Of a stretch of 32,124 nt of DNA, positions 19,141 to 28,482 are shown piece by piece. The stretch is taken from contig CAXXHI010000002.1 of assembly GCA_963692865.2 (NCBI GenBank), positions 1 through 32,124 of the forward strand. Reading direction: 5' to 3'. The stretch's first letter is position 1, and each line of letters starts with the position of its first letter. Source of the DNA: a bacterium (GTDB lineage Bacteria; UBA8248). Both the position numbers and the translations under genes were made by a program. Below the pieces are notes generated by a model. The model saw nothing but the letters and a program-made list of their open reading frames with translations, ran no database searches and was not told the origin of the DNA.

Positions 19141-20238
19141 TCAAACATCGATGCGGAATTTCTGGACGGCCTCCTCGTTCACTTCCACGCCCAGACCGGG
19201 GCCTTCGGGCACCTTGACGACCCCGCCTTCGGCCTCGAAGCCGGTAACGATATCCTCATCATGCCAGGCGGGAGCTTTTCCTGATTCGTTGTAGACGATA
19301 GCGGGAGTCGAGGCGAAAAGGTGCGCGCAGGCGGCGTCGTTCAGCGCGCTGTGGATCACGCTGCCGCAGATGCCCTCGATGCCGTGAATCTCGATGAGGG
19401 CGGCGGCCTTTTTCGCATGAAGCAGCCCGCCCTCGCGGTTGACTTTGAGGTTCACGATGTCGGCGGCGCGCCTGCGGGCGATTTCGGCCAGGTAATCGGG
19501 CCGGAACGACTCGTCCGCGCAGATGGGAATGCGCGTGTTCTTGTTGACGAACTCCAGGCCGTCCAGGTCGTTGCCGGGCACGGGCTGCTCGACCATGGTG
19601 ACCCCGAACTCCTCGATGCGCGCGCACATCTGCACGGCGAGCTTGGGCGTCCAGCTCATGTTCGCGTCGACGACGATGTGCGCCGCATCCCCGGCCGCCT
19701 CCCGGGCCGCCGCCACGCGGGCGACGCTCGTCTTCGTGTCGCGGTTCATCTTCACCTTGAACGAGGTGATTCCCAGGGTCATGGATTCCGCCGCGAGCTC
19801 TGCGGTTCTTTCGGGCGATTCGAGCGGCAGGATGTCGAAGGCGGGCATCTCGTCCCTGATTTTTCCGCCCAGCAGGTCGTAGACCGGGCAGCCCAGCATG
19901 CGCCCCAATAGATCGTGAACGGCGCAGTCGATAGCCGCTTTGGGCGAATAGTGGAACGGGATGGCCTTTTCCATCCTGTGGACGATGAGTTCCCTGTCGA
20001 AGGGGCTGCAGTCGGCGACCGCGGGAACGAGGTATTCATTGAGTATCTGGTAGGCGCTCTTGAGCGTCTCCCCGGTCGGAAACGAACGCAGCGGGGCCCC
20101 TCCCCACCCGGAGACGCCCTCGCAGGTGATTTTGACGACGATGTCTTCTGAGTGCGTCGCGGTGCGCGTGGCGCTCTTGTAGGGATGGTTGAGCGGGATG
20201 GCGACGGGGAAGAGTTCTATTCTCTCGATTTTTCTCAT
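19141..20238 (-). CDS. Enolase superfamily protein (muconate lactonizing enzyme / dipeptide epimerase-like)
   Basis: KAAIDCAVHDLLG, FKVK, VDAN, EQP, ADES, NLK and PEGPGLGV motifs. Confidence 0.88.
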   Translation of the reverse strand: MRKIERIELFPVAIPLNHPYKSATRTATHSEDIVVKITCEGVSGWGGAPLRSFPTGETLKSAYQILNEYLVPAVADCSPFDRELIVHRMEKAIPFHYSPKAAIDCAVHDLLGRMLGCPVYDLLGGKIRDEMPAFDILPLESPERTAELAAESMTLGITSFKVKMNRDTKTSVARVAAAREAAGDAAHIVVDANMSWTPKLAVQMCARIEEFGVTMVEQPVPGNDLDGLEFVNKNTRIPICADESFRPDYLAEIARRRAADIVNLKVNREGGLLHAKKAAALIEIHGIEGICGSVIHSALNDAACAHLFASTPAIVYNESGKAPAWHDEDIVTGFEAEGGVVKVPEGPGLGVEVNEEAVQKFRIDV

Positions 20239-20266
20239 TCGTTCTCTCGGCTCCTGTGGCGGGGAA

Positions 20267-20665
20267 TCACACGTGCAGCATCACCAGGTCTTTTTCGAGC
20301 GTTACCTCATACGTCTCGATGGAGGGGTCTTCTTCCGCCTCGAGCGTGACCTCGTAGGTCTTGACGCGCATCCTGTGGGGGTTGAATACGGAACGCCCGT
20401 TCGTGATGTCGAATTCCCAGCAATGCCAGGGGCACACGAGAACCTGCTCGTCCATCACGTATTCATACGAATGCGGCCTGGAGGACTTCATCGTCCCCTT
20501 GACCTTGCCGAGACAAAGCGGCGCGCCCTGGTGCGGGCAGGAATTCCTGACCGCATACAGGGAATTCTTGATGTTGAACACGCCGATGGAGCGGCCTTCG
20601 ACATCGACTATCTTCCGCGCGCCGGGGGGCAGTTCCGATATCTTGCACACCAGGTGTTTCGCCAT
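20267..20665 (-). CDS. Rieske [2Fe-2S] ferredoxin
   Basis: CPHQGAPL and CPWHCWEFD ligands. Real start is MAKHLVC at 20665; the upstream part of the listed ORF overlaps the bicupin gene. Confidence 0.9.
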   Translation of the reverse strand: MAKHLVCKISELPPGARKIVDVEGRSIGVFNIKNSLYAVRNSCPHQGAPLCLGKVKGTMKSSRPHSYEYVMDEQVLVCPWHCWEFDITNGRSVFNPHRMRVKTYEVTLEAEEDPSIETYEVTLEKDLVMLHV

Positions 20666-20682
20666 GCGCGATTCGCCCCGCC

Positions 20683-21510
20683 CTAGTTTTCCGCCGCCGC
20701 GGCCGCCGCTTTTTCCCTCAACATCTCCTCTAGCTTCGGCATGGCCCGCACCGACGCGTAGCGCGCGTGCTGGCCGCTCTGCGTGGAGAGGCTCCGCTTC
20801 GAACCTTTCGGGACGTGGATGATGGAGCCGGGACCCGCCTGTTGCCGCTCGTCGTCCACCTGGGCGTCGATGATTCCCTTGATGACGTAGACGAATTGTT
20901 CGTGCGCGTTCTCGGTGGTCTGATCCTCGAAACCCTCGGGGATCTCGCCATACCCGAACGCGAGGCGCTCGCCCTCGATCCACACGGTATGGCGTCCCGA
21001 GCATGCGGGAGCGTCCAGGGAGGGGAGTATCGGGTAATAGGAGTTGTTCAGGCCCTCGACGATGATCTGCGCCTTGGCGGCGTCTTTTTCGAAGCTTTCG
21101 GTGGAGCCGTCCTCGTACATTTCGTTGATCTCATCGACGCTGGGCGCCTTGTCCGGCACGACCTGGTCTCTATCGAGGCCCACGACCGTCCAGGAGCGGT
21201 CCTTCACGTAGAGATATTCCATGTCGCCGTCTTCGGTGGCGATCATCTGGTGCTGGGCGAAAGCGGGCACGTGAACGAAGGTGCCCGGCGTGACGACCCG
21301 CCTGTCCTGTCCGACGAGCGCATTGATTTTCCCGCTGACCGGGAAAATCATGAGTTCGTTGGGGTGGTAATGAATCTGGGAACCCGTGCCGGCCACCTTG
21401 CTGACCCGGCAGAAATACATGTATTCCCCCTCCACGATGGCGCCCTGGCCGGAGGAGAGGTGAGGTGAGAGGGCTTTTTTCTCGATTCCTTCGAAACGAT
21501 GAAACGGCAT
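20683..21510 (-). CDS. Bicupin protein
   Basis: N-domain HYHPNE...VHVPAFAQH retains the metal ligands; C-domain NAHEQF...IHVPKGSKR is degenerate. Confidence 0.8.
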   Translation of the reverse strand: MPFHRFEGIEKKALSPHLSSGQGAIVEGEYMYFCRVSKVAGTGSQIHYHPNELMIFPVSGKINALVGQDRRVVTPGTFVHVPAFAQHQMIATEDGDMEYLYVKDRSWTVVGLDRDQVVPDKAPSVDEINEMYEDGSTESFEKDAAKAQIIVEGLNNSYYPILPSLDAPACSGRHTVWIEGERLAFGYGEIPEGFEDQTTENAHEQFVYVIKGIIDAQVDDERQQAGPGSIIHVPKGSKRSLSTQSGQHARYASVRAMPKLEEMLREKAAAAAAEN

Positions 21511-21744
21511 CCGATGAACTCCTTATTTTGACGGAATTACCCGTACCGAAATTTTGGTGAATCACCACGATTCGAAAAATTTTGTTATCAGGTTTGTTGA
21601 ACCCAAGGCGCGAATGTTACCCTTTCCCGTCGCATCTGACAATTTATGTTCGACAAAAAAAAAGAGGCGCTCTCCAGCATTTCATTGGCGATGAGTGTAA
21701 ACGAGGATTTTGCACGGCATACATCTAACTGAATGGGGGTTGTT

Positions 21745-22746
21745 ATGGCGGATGAAAAGGTTCGGTTGGCGTCCATCGGCCTGGCCAACTGGGGAACCAC
21801 CCTGGCGAACGCCGCGAAAAGGGCGGGAAACGTGGAGATTACCCGGTGTTTCACGAGAACCGAATCGGCGCGCGAGGAGTTTGCGGAGAAATTCGGGTGC
21901 CGCCCGGCGGCGTCTTACGATGAAGTGCTGAAGGACAGCGAGGTGGAGGGGATTCTCATCGCCACGCCCCATTCCACGCATACGGACCTGATCACGCAGG
22001 CCGCATCGGCCGGCAAGCACGTCTTCGTCGAAAAACCGCTCACCCTGACGGTGGCGGATGCGGACAAGTGCATCGAAGCTACGGAAAAGGCGGGCGTCAC
22101 GCTCCTTATCGGACACCACAGGAGGCGGCAGGGCGCGAACCGAAAGATTCGCGGGATGATAGACGAGGGCGCACTCGGGATGATCCACGCCCTGGAGGCG
22201 AACCTCTCCAACCCCAACGGCCAGAACCCGAGAAGCGGCTGGCGAAACGACCCGGCGGAATGCCCGGCGGGGGGAATGACGGGACTCGGCGTCCACATGG
22301 TGGACAACCTCCAGTACCTCGCAGGCCCGGCGAAGCGGGTGAGCGCGTTCAGTAAACAACTGTACGCCGCGGGCAACCTCGATGACGTGACGAACATCGT
22401 CCTCGAATACGAAAGCGGCCCGCTCGGCTACATCACCACCTGCTACGTCACGCCCAAGCAATGCACGACATCGGCCCACGGCACCGAAGCCTCCGCATGG
22501 AGCGAGGACGAGGGAGAGCGGCTCTATCTCCAGAAAAAAGACGAAACCCAAAGGAGCGAGCTTTCCGTGGACGGCGGCGATGCGCTCGCCGAAGAAATAC
22601 AGGAATTCGGCAAGTGCATCCGGGGCGAGGCCGCGCCCGAAACGGACGGAAGAGCGGCGCGTGAAGTCGTGGCCGTTCTGGAGTCGATCGTCGAGAGTGC
22701 GAAGAGCGGGCGCGTGGTCGAGGTTTCGGAGATCAGGGGGCATTGA
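21745..22746 (+). CDS. Gfo/Idh/MocA family oxidoreductase
   Basis: IGLANWG, IATPHSTH, GKHVFVEKP and LGVHMVD motifs. Confidence 0.9.
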   Translation: MADEKVRLASIGLANWGTTLANAAKRAGNVEITRCFTRTESAREEFAEKFGCRPAASYDEVLKDSEVEGILIATPHSTHTDLITQAASAGKHVFVEKPLTLTVADADKCIEATEKAGVTLLIGHHRRRQGANRKIRGMIDEGALGMIHALEANLSNPNGQNPRSGWRNDPAECPAGGMTGLGVHMVDNLQYLAGPAKRVSAFSKQLYAAGNLDDVTNIVLEYESGPLGYITTCYVTPKQCTTSAHGTEASAWSEDEGERLYLQKKDETQRSELSVDGGDALAEEIQEFGKCIRGEAAPETDGRAAREVVAVLESIVESAKSGRVVEVSEIRGH

Positions 22747-23771
22747 GCGTGAGTGGAGCGGACGTCCGGGAAATCGGGGGCTTGGGAGTAGCCCCCGGCG
22801 CGTATGAATACATGAGAATTCCGGTGGCGCGGATGCTCACCGGCGCCGAGACGGGTCTGCCCCTTCACTGCGTGATAGGGGCGAAGGCCGGCCCCACCCT
22901 CTCCGTTCTCGCATGCGTCCACGGGGACGAGCCGCAGCCGATTCGCGCGTTTCAGAACGTCCTGGCGCAAATCGACCGCGCGCAGTTGAGCGGCGCTCTT
23001 CTTCTCGTTCCGGTGGCGAATCCTTTCGCCTTTTCGAATTTCTCGCGTCAATCCCCGGATCAGCACGAGCAGACGAACCTCTGGGGGGCGTTTCCGGGTT
23101 CCGCCAGGGGGACGCTCACGCAGCGCTATGCGCACAAGATTCGTGAAACCCTGATCGAGCGCGCGGATTATCTCGTGGAGTTCCACTCGGGCGGCGCGGC
23201 CGGGAGAATCCAGAGGCGCGTCGATACGGACCCGGGCATAGATGGCGCGGTCGGCGAGAAATCGCGCGGGATGGCTATCGCCTTCGCGAGCGGGGGCGCA
23301 GGCTTGGTGCATGGCGTGCCTTTCAGCAAATCGAGCGCTTCGGGCCATGCGCTCACGCAGGGGATACCCGCCGTGAGCGTGGAGATAGGCGGCGCTTATC
23401 TGCCCGAATGCGAGGAGAACCTCTACCGCGCTGACATGGAGAAAGGTTTTTTGAACCTCCTCGTTCACCTCGGGATGCTGCCGGGAGAGGAGAAGAGATT
23501 GAGGGTCACCTATTTCGATTTCGCCCACCGCGCCGAGGCCAACCCGTCGAACGGCGGGTACCTCGTCTCGCGCAAAACGCACTTCGCGGACCTGGGCGCG
23601 AAGGTGAGCGAAGGGGAGCTTCTGGGGGAAATGCTGGACCCGTACAGTCTCGAAGTGGTGGAGGAGCTCCGCAGTCCGGCCGATGGCGTGCTCTTCTTCA
23701 GCAGGTGCAGCGGGCCGTTCGAGGTGGGCAACAAGGGGTTCGCCGTCGCCACCGAATATCGCGAAATATAA
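22743..23771 (+). CDS. Succinylglutamate desuccinylase/aspartoacylase (M14) family protein
   Basis: HGDE, VPVANP, EFHSG and VEIGG motifs; C-terminal barrel-sandwich segment (SPADGVL). Confidence 0.85.
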   Translation: MSVSGADVREIGGLGVAPGAYEYMRIPVARMLTGAETGLPLHCVIGAKAGPTLSVLACVHGDEPQPIRAFQNVLAQIDRAQLSGALLLVPVANPFAFSNFSRQSPDQHEQTNLWGAFPGSARGTLTQRYAHKIRETLIERADYLVEFHSGGAAGRIQRRVDTDPGIDGAVGEKSRGMAIAFASGGAGLVHGVPFSKSSASGHALTQGIPAVSVEIGGAYLPECEENLYRADMEKGFLNLLVHLGMLPGEEKRLRVTYFDFAHRAEANPSNGGYLVSRKTHFADLGAKVSEGELLGEMLDPYSLEVVEELRSPADGVLFFSRCSGPFEVGNKGFAVATEYREI

Positions 23772-23837
23772 TAACGCGTGGAAGCGTAGAATGAATCCAT
23801 GAATCCTTGAACAATCGATTGGAGGAAACGAAAGACA

Positions 23838-24272
23838 ATGCCTTTTTACGATCCCAAGACGATGGAGCAGAAACTGGCGGGGGCGAGCTACAGCACCTCC
23901 GAGGGCGTGTGGGTGGACGGCGATCGCGTCATCTTCGGCGTCATCAACAAGCCCGCGGGCACGGGCAGCAGGCCGCACCGCCACCCCAACGAGCAGTTCA
24001 TCTTCGTGCAGCAGGGCAGCCTGCAGGCGATGATCGACGGCGAGCGCAAGACGGTCGGCAAGGGGGGCATCATCCACATACCGGCCAATTCGCTCCACAG
24101 CATGGTGGCCACCGACGATGAGGACGTCGTCTTCATCGTGGCGAAGGATACGACCTGGCAGATCGAGGGGGTCGCCGAGGATGATACGACCTACGGCGCC
24201 TATATCGGCGAAGGGGCGGACGAGAGCGTGGCCGCGCGGTTTCGGGATATTGCCGATCAAGGCCCTGAATAA
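23838..24272 (+). CDS. Cupin domain protein
   Basis: PHRHPNEQFIFVQQG and IHIPANSLH motifs; GGAGG upstream. Confidence 0.85.
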   Translation: MPFYDPKTMEQKLAGASYSTSEGVWVDGDRVIFGVINKPAGTGSRPHRHPNEQFIFVQQGSLQAMIDGERKTVGKGGIIHIPANSLHSMVATDDEDVVFIVAKDTTWQIEGVAEDDTTYGAYIGEGADESVAARFRDIADQGPE

Positions 24273-24368
24273 AGCGGTAATCGGCCCGGGTGGACGAAAG
24301 CGTCGTGAAGTGATGATCGCGGGTGAAATTCCATGATCCGAAAACGAGAAAATCTTTGCCCGATGATT

Positions 24369-24397
24369 TTGACTTGGGAAAGCAATTTTGCAAGAAT
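24369..24397 (+). promoter_or_regulatory. Possible sigma70 promoter for the permease gene
   Basis: TTGACT-N17-AAGAAT with TG just upstream of the -10. Confidence 0.3.
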
Positions 24398-24519
24398 GGC
24401 CGCAAATCGGAATGCACCCGCAATGAATCATCCAGAGTAGATGGATAATTCCACGGCTTCGGCCGTGGACGCATTGCATACGAAATGATTTGAAAATCGC
24501 ATGATTTGGGAGGCTGTTG

Positions 24520-25389
24520 ATGGCGACGGCGACGGATGAAGTCAGAAGAGATGACGTAAAACTGCCTGACGAATACACGAAGCAGGAAAGAGTCTGGATG
24601 TGGCTCAAGGACAACGTCCCGAGCTTCATCGCGGTGCTCGTGATATGGGAGTGCATCGCCTGGTACGTGAGCGAGCCCGCGCTGTTTCCGCGCGTATTCC
24701 CCATTCTGCACCGCTTCTACGAGGTCACCTTCCTGAAGTCCGGTGAGACCACATGCGTTTTGTGCGTACACTCCTATCACACCGCATGGCGGATTATGGT
24801 GGGAATGATCATCGCGGGCTTCGTGGGGATAGGCATCGGGATCGCGATGGGGCGAATCGGCTGGTTCGAGAAGTTCATGATCCCCATCCTGAGCATGCTC
24901 CTGCCCATTCCGGCCCTGGCGTGGAGTCCGATTCTCGTCCTGTGGTTCGGCCTCGGCAACACGACGATGATCTTCATTACCGCGTTCGCCGCGGCGCTTC
25001 CGGCCATCTCCTCCACCTGGACGGGCGTGAAGACCATCAATCCGATCTGGATACGGGCGGCGCAGTCGATGAACGCCGAGGGAATGACCCTGTTCTGGAA
25101 GGTCATTTTCCCCGGCTCGCTGCCCTTCATCCTCTCGGGCATCCGCATCGGCCTCGCGCGCGCCTGGCGCGCCGGCATCGCGGGCGAGATGGTGGCCGCG
25201 AGCGACTGGGGTCTCGGCTACGCCATCTTCGACAGCCGCGAGGACCTGGACACCGCCTTCATGCTGGTGGGCATCGCGGCCATCGCCCTGGTCGGCTTCG
25301 TGATGGAGAAGTTCATCTTCGAGAAGTTCGAGAAGGTGACCGTCGTCAAGTGGGGCATGATGGAAGAGGTCGGCGGACAGCGCCAATAG
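24520..25389 (+). CDS. ABC transporter permease, NitT/TauT (SsuC/TauC-like)
   Basis: Hydrophobic helices, PIPALAWSP, EAA-like AAQSMNA loop and AGEMVAASDWGLG; GGAGG RBS. Confidence 0.88.
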   Translation: MATATDEVRRDDVKLPDEYTKQERVWMWLKDNVPSFIAVLVIWECIAWYVSEPALFPRVFPILHRFYEVTFLKSGETTCVLCVHSYHTAWRIMVGMIIAGFVGIGIGIAMGRIGWFEKFMIPILSMLLPIPALAWSPILVLWFGLGNTTMIFITAFAAALPAISSTWTGVKTINPIWIRAAQSMNAEGMTLFWKVIFPGSLPFILSGIRIGLARAWRAGIAGEMVAASDWGLGYAIFDSREDLDTAFMLVGIAAIALVGFVMEKFIFEKFEKVTVVKWGMMEEVGGQRQ

Positions 25390-25406
25390 CCGATAACACC
25401 GACAGG

Positions 25407-25449
25407 AACAAGAAAGGCCGGCTCCCGAGTGGGGCCGGCCTTTCTTGTT
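25407..25449. terminator. Bidirectional intrinsic terminator
   Basis: aacaagaaaggccggctcc...ggggccggcctttcttgtt hairpin between convergent genes, with T-rich tails on both strands. Confidence 0.8.
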
Positions 25450-25472
25450 GTGATTCCGAAGAGGAAGTGACG

Positions 25473-26225
25473 CTAGTTGCCGCGCACGGCTTCGGTCGCC
25501 ATGTGTTCGAGTTCGATAACCCTCGGGTCGAAGGGGTCGCGGGGACGCGGGACGTCCACGACGATCTCCTTGTGAATCTGCCCCGGCTGGCCCGCGAGAA
25601 CGATGATCCTGTCCGCGAGGTAGACCGCCTCGCTCAGGTTGTGCGTGACGTAGAAGATGGTCTTCTTCGTTTTCTCCCATACCTCGACCGTAAGCGACTG
25701 GAGGTTCTCGCGCGTCTGCGCGTCGAGCGCGCCGAAGGGTTCGTCCATGAGCATGAACTGCGGCTCGTAGGCGTACGCCCGCGCCACGGCGACGCGCTGC
25801 TTCATGCCGCCCGAGAGGTTGTGGGGGTAGAGATGGGTGAATTTTTCGAGGTGGACGAGCTCGAGAAATTCCTGCGCCTTTTGACTGCGCTCCTCCTTGC
25901 CGAGGCCTTTCATCTCCAGGCCGAACTCGACGTTCCTGAGCGCCGTGCGCCAGGGGAAAAGCGCGTATTCCTGAAAAACGACGCCCCGGTTCATGCGGCC
26001 CGCGGCGGAAATGGGGTTGCCGTCCAAAAGAATGGAGCCCGCCGTGTGGTTCAGGAAGCCCGCGAGAATGTTCAGCAGCGTGGTTTTCCCGCAACCGGAC
26101 AGTCCCACGACGCAGAGGAATTCCCCGTCCTGGATGTCTAGGTTGATGTCCTGTAGGGCGTACACCTTTCTGTCCTTCAGGTAGTATTCCATGTGCAGAT
26201 TCTTGATGCTTACTTTCGCCGGCAT
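25473..26225 (-). CDS. ABC transporter ATP-binding protein, NitT/TauT (SsuB/TauB-like)
   Basis: Walker A GLSGCGKT, VFQEYALFPW, LSGGMKQR, LMDEPFGALD and VTH motifs. Confidence 0.92.
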   Translation of the reverse strand: MPAKVSIKNLHMEYYLKDRKVYALQDINLDIQDGEFLCVVGLSGCGKTTLLNILAGFLNHTAGSILLDGNPISAAGRMNRGVVFQEYALFPWRTALRNVEFGLEMKGLGKEERSQKAQEFLELVHLEKFTHLYPHNLSGGMKQRVAVARAYAYEPQFMLMDEPFGALDAQTRENLQSLTVEVWEKTKKTIFYVTHNLSEAVYLADRIIVLAGQPGQIHKEIVVDVPRPRDPFDPRVIELEHMATEAVRGN

Positions 26226-26357
26226 GTTGTTCGGTCCTTATGAGATATCTGATGGAGCGTGATTTCGCTTTTTCGTTTTTCGCGATGAATCCGAAAAATA
26301 GCGCAGATGCTCCGCCTTCGTCAATTCCGTCGGGCTACTCGATTCTTTTCTGAAAAA

Positions 26358-27116
26358 TCAGAAAATTACGGCGACTCCCTCGTAGTTCATGACGAGGAGG
26401 ATGGCGCCCATGAGGAACAGAACAGCCGTGACGATACGGAAGAACGCCTGATCCGAGAAGATGTTGTATATCTTCGTGCCCACGAAAAAGCCGAGCAGCA
26501 CGGGCGTCGAGAGGATGAGGATGAGCCACAGGGCCGTCTCGCCGATGTAGCCCGCCGCCGCGATGGAGGCGATGGCGGCGACGCGGAGCACCACCTGGCT
26601 TGCGCTCAGCACGAAGAGGTAGCGCTCCTTGGAGATTTTCATCCCCGTGAGATAGGAGGCGATGACGTGGGATGGGATGTTGATGGTGCCCAGCATCAGT
26701 CCCGCGACCGCGCCCATGCCCAGTGAGCGCTTCAGCGAATCCTCGGGATCAGGCTTTTCGGGCCGGCTCCATTGCCAGACGATCTGACAGATCAGGAAGG
26801 CGCCCAGGATGAATTTCATCAGGCGCGGATCCGTGTTCAGGAGAATCGTGAGGCCGGCGGCCAGACCCACGAGGCTCATCGAAAAGAAGGGAACAAAGGG
26901 CCGCAAGCCTTCGTGGACGGCGGCGCGCGTTCGCCAGGCGTTCATGAGGCTCGTGCACAGGGTGGGAATGGAGATGACGGCGATGGCCGTGGGCAAATCC
27001 CAGAAAATGGCCACGGTGGGCGTCGTCAAGGTGGCGAAGCCGAATCCGCCCACGGCTTTGAGGCCCGAGCCGACGAAGGCGGCGCAAAAGGCGAGTATCA
27101 ATGCGAGTGGGTTCAA
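26358..27116 (-). CDS. Sulfite exporter TauE/SafE family membrane protein
   Basis: GSGLKAVGGFGF N-terminal motif and about 8 hydrophobic segments; GGAGG RBS before TTG 27116. Confidence 0.8.
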   Translation of the reverse strand: MNPLALILAFCAAFVGSGLKAVGGFGFATLTTPTVAIFWDLPTAIAVISIPTLCTSLMNAWRTRAAVHEGLRPFVPFFSMSLVGLAAGLTILLNTDPRLMKFILGAFLICQIVWQWSRPEKPDPEDSLKRSLGMGAVAGLMLGTINIPSHVIASYLTGMKISKERYLFVLSASQVVLRVAAIASIAAAGYIGETALWLILILSTPVLLGFFVGTKIYNIFSDQAFFRIVTAVLFLMGAILLVMNYEGVAVIF

Positions 27117-27217
27117 GGCGCCTCCGCTTGGAAAACCTGCGATACATCGTCCTGAATGGCTCGAAGAGCGGCCAAGCATATTTCATAAACGGAAATCTGT
27201 AAATTAAGCGGGCAACC

Positions 27218-27247
27218 TTGACGCGCCCGCGCCGGTATCGGCATTAT
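27218..27247 (+). promoter_or_regulatory. Possible sigma70 promoter for the LLM operon
   Basis: TTGACG-N18-CATTAT in the divergent intergenic region. Confidence 0.3.
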
Positions 27248-27371
27248 GCTCCCCGATTCCTGATGCGGGAAACCCGAGAGTCGCGTTTTTTTCGTCTTGA
27301 GAATCGCCTTGCGGGCCGCCCGAGAGGAATTCACCCAAGCGAGTTTCGCGCAACGAAGCCGGGGATTTTTT

Positions 27372-28442
27372 ATGGACTTTTCGCTTTTTTACATTCTGTA
27401 CCGTCCCGAAGATATGACCGAGGCCCGGGTTCATGAGGATATGCTCACGGAAAGTATACTGGCGGACGAGTTGGGCTATTCGTGCGTATGGTACGCCGAG
27501 CATCACTTCTCCCGCGTCGGGATGATTCCCGATCCCCTCCTGATTTGCGCCGCCGTGGCCCAGAAGACGAAAAAGATACACGTGGGCACGGCCATTTCCA
27601 TCATGTCGTTCCACGATCCCATCCGGCTGGCCGAGCAGGCCGCCATGGTCGATCTCCTGAGCGGCGGCAGGCTGGAGTTGGGCGTGGGGCGCGGCTCCCA
27701 GCCCAAGGAGTTCCAGGGATTCGGCGCCAAGCCGTCCGAGAGCCGCGAGCGCTTAAAAGAGGGGCTCCATGTTCTCTCCCGCCTTCTCGAAGGGGAGAAA
27801 GTGACGTTCCAGGGGCGGTATCACAGTTGCGAGGACGTGGAAATCTTCCCCAAGCCCCTGCAAAAGCCGAGACCCCCCATCTGGCTGGCGGGCACGAGCC
27901 CCGAAACCTACACCTATGCGGGCGAGAACGGCTTCAAGGTGATGGCCTCGGCGGGCTTCACGGGGCCCGAAGTGTACAAGCAAAAGTTCGGGCTGTATGA
28001 GGACGCCATCCGAAAATCGGGCGGCGACCCCGCCGGAATCGAGAGGCCGCTCGTTCACCACATCCACGTGTGCGACGCGGCGGATGCGGAAGAATACTTC
28101 AACCTGACTGTAGAAGGCGAGGGCGAATACCTGCGCTACCGGGCGAAGATGAACGAGGTGGAGATGCCCGAGGACGAGGCGAAGCACCTGAAGCGCAACT
28201 GGAGCTATGAGCTGAACGTCGAGGAGATCGTCAGGGGCGGCGGCATCATCGCCGATCCGGGAGCCGTCGCGGAGGATATCTGCAGGCTGCGCGATGACTA
28301 CGGGGTCAATCACGTCATCCTGGCGCCCTGGCGCGGGCCGGACCACGCCTCGGTGATGCGCTCGATAGAGAGCTTCGCGAACGACGTCATGCCGCTGGTG
28401 AACGCCGCCGCGCCCGCCGCTTCGAACGGCAGCAACGCTTGA
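27372..28442 (+). CDS. LLM class (luciferase-like) flavin-dependent oxidoreductase, paralogue A
   Basis: WYAEHHF, HDPIRLAEQAAMVDLLSGGRLELGVGRG and PKPLQKPRPPIW motifs. Confidence 0.9.
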   Translation: MDFSLFYILYRPEDMTEARVHEDMLTESILADELGYSCVWYAEHHFSRVGMIPDPLLICAAVAQKTKKIHVGTAISIMSFHDPIRLAEQAAMVDLLSGGRLELGVGRGSQPKEFQGFGAKPSESRERLKEGLHVLSRLLEGEKVTFQGRYHSCEDVEIFPKPLQKPRPPIWLAGTSPETYTYAGENGFKVMASAGFTGPEVYKQKFGLYEDAIRKSGGDPAGIERPLVHHIHVCDAADAEEYFNLTVEGEGEYLRYRAKMNEVEMPEDEAKHLKRNWSYELNVEEIVRGGGIIADPGAVAEDICRLRDDYGVNHVILAPWRGPDHASVMRSIESFANDVMPLVNAAAPAASNGSNA

Positions 28443-28482
28443 TGTCATCTTCTTTTCCTGAACATTCTGGAGGCGCTTTTTC

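Noticed and set aside
22524-24704. 726-aa minus-strand ORF
   Set aside because: Antisense shadow of well-supported plus-strand genes in GC-rich DNA; no recognisable motifs
24753-24775. c-type heme motif in the permease
   Set aside because: The sequence is CxxCxH, not CxxCH
24133-26141. 653-aa minus and 462-aa plus ORFs across the ABC genes
   Set aside because: Off-frame or antisense shadows that cross a clear terminator
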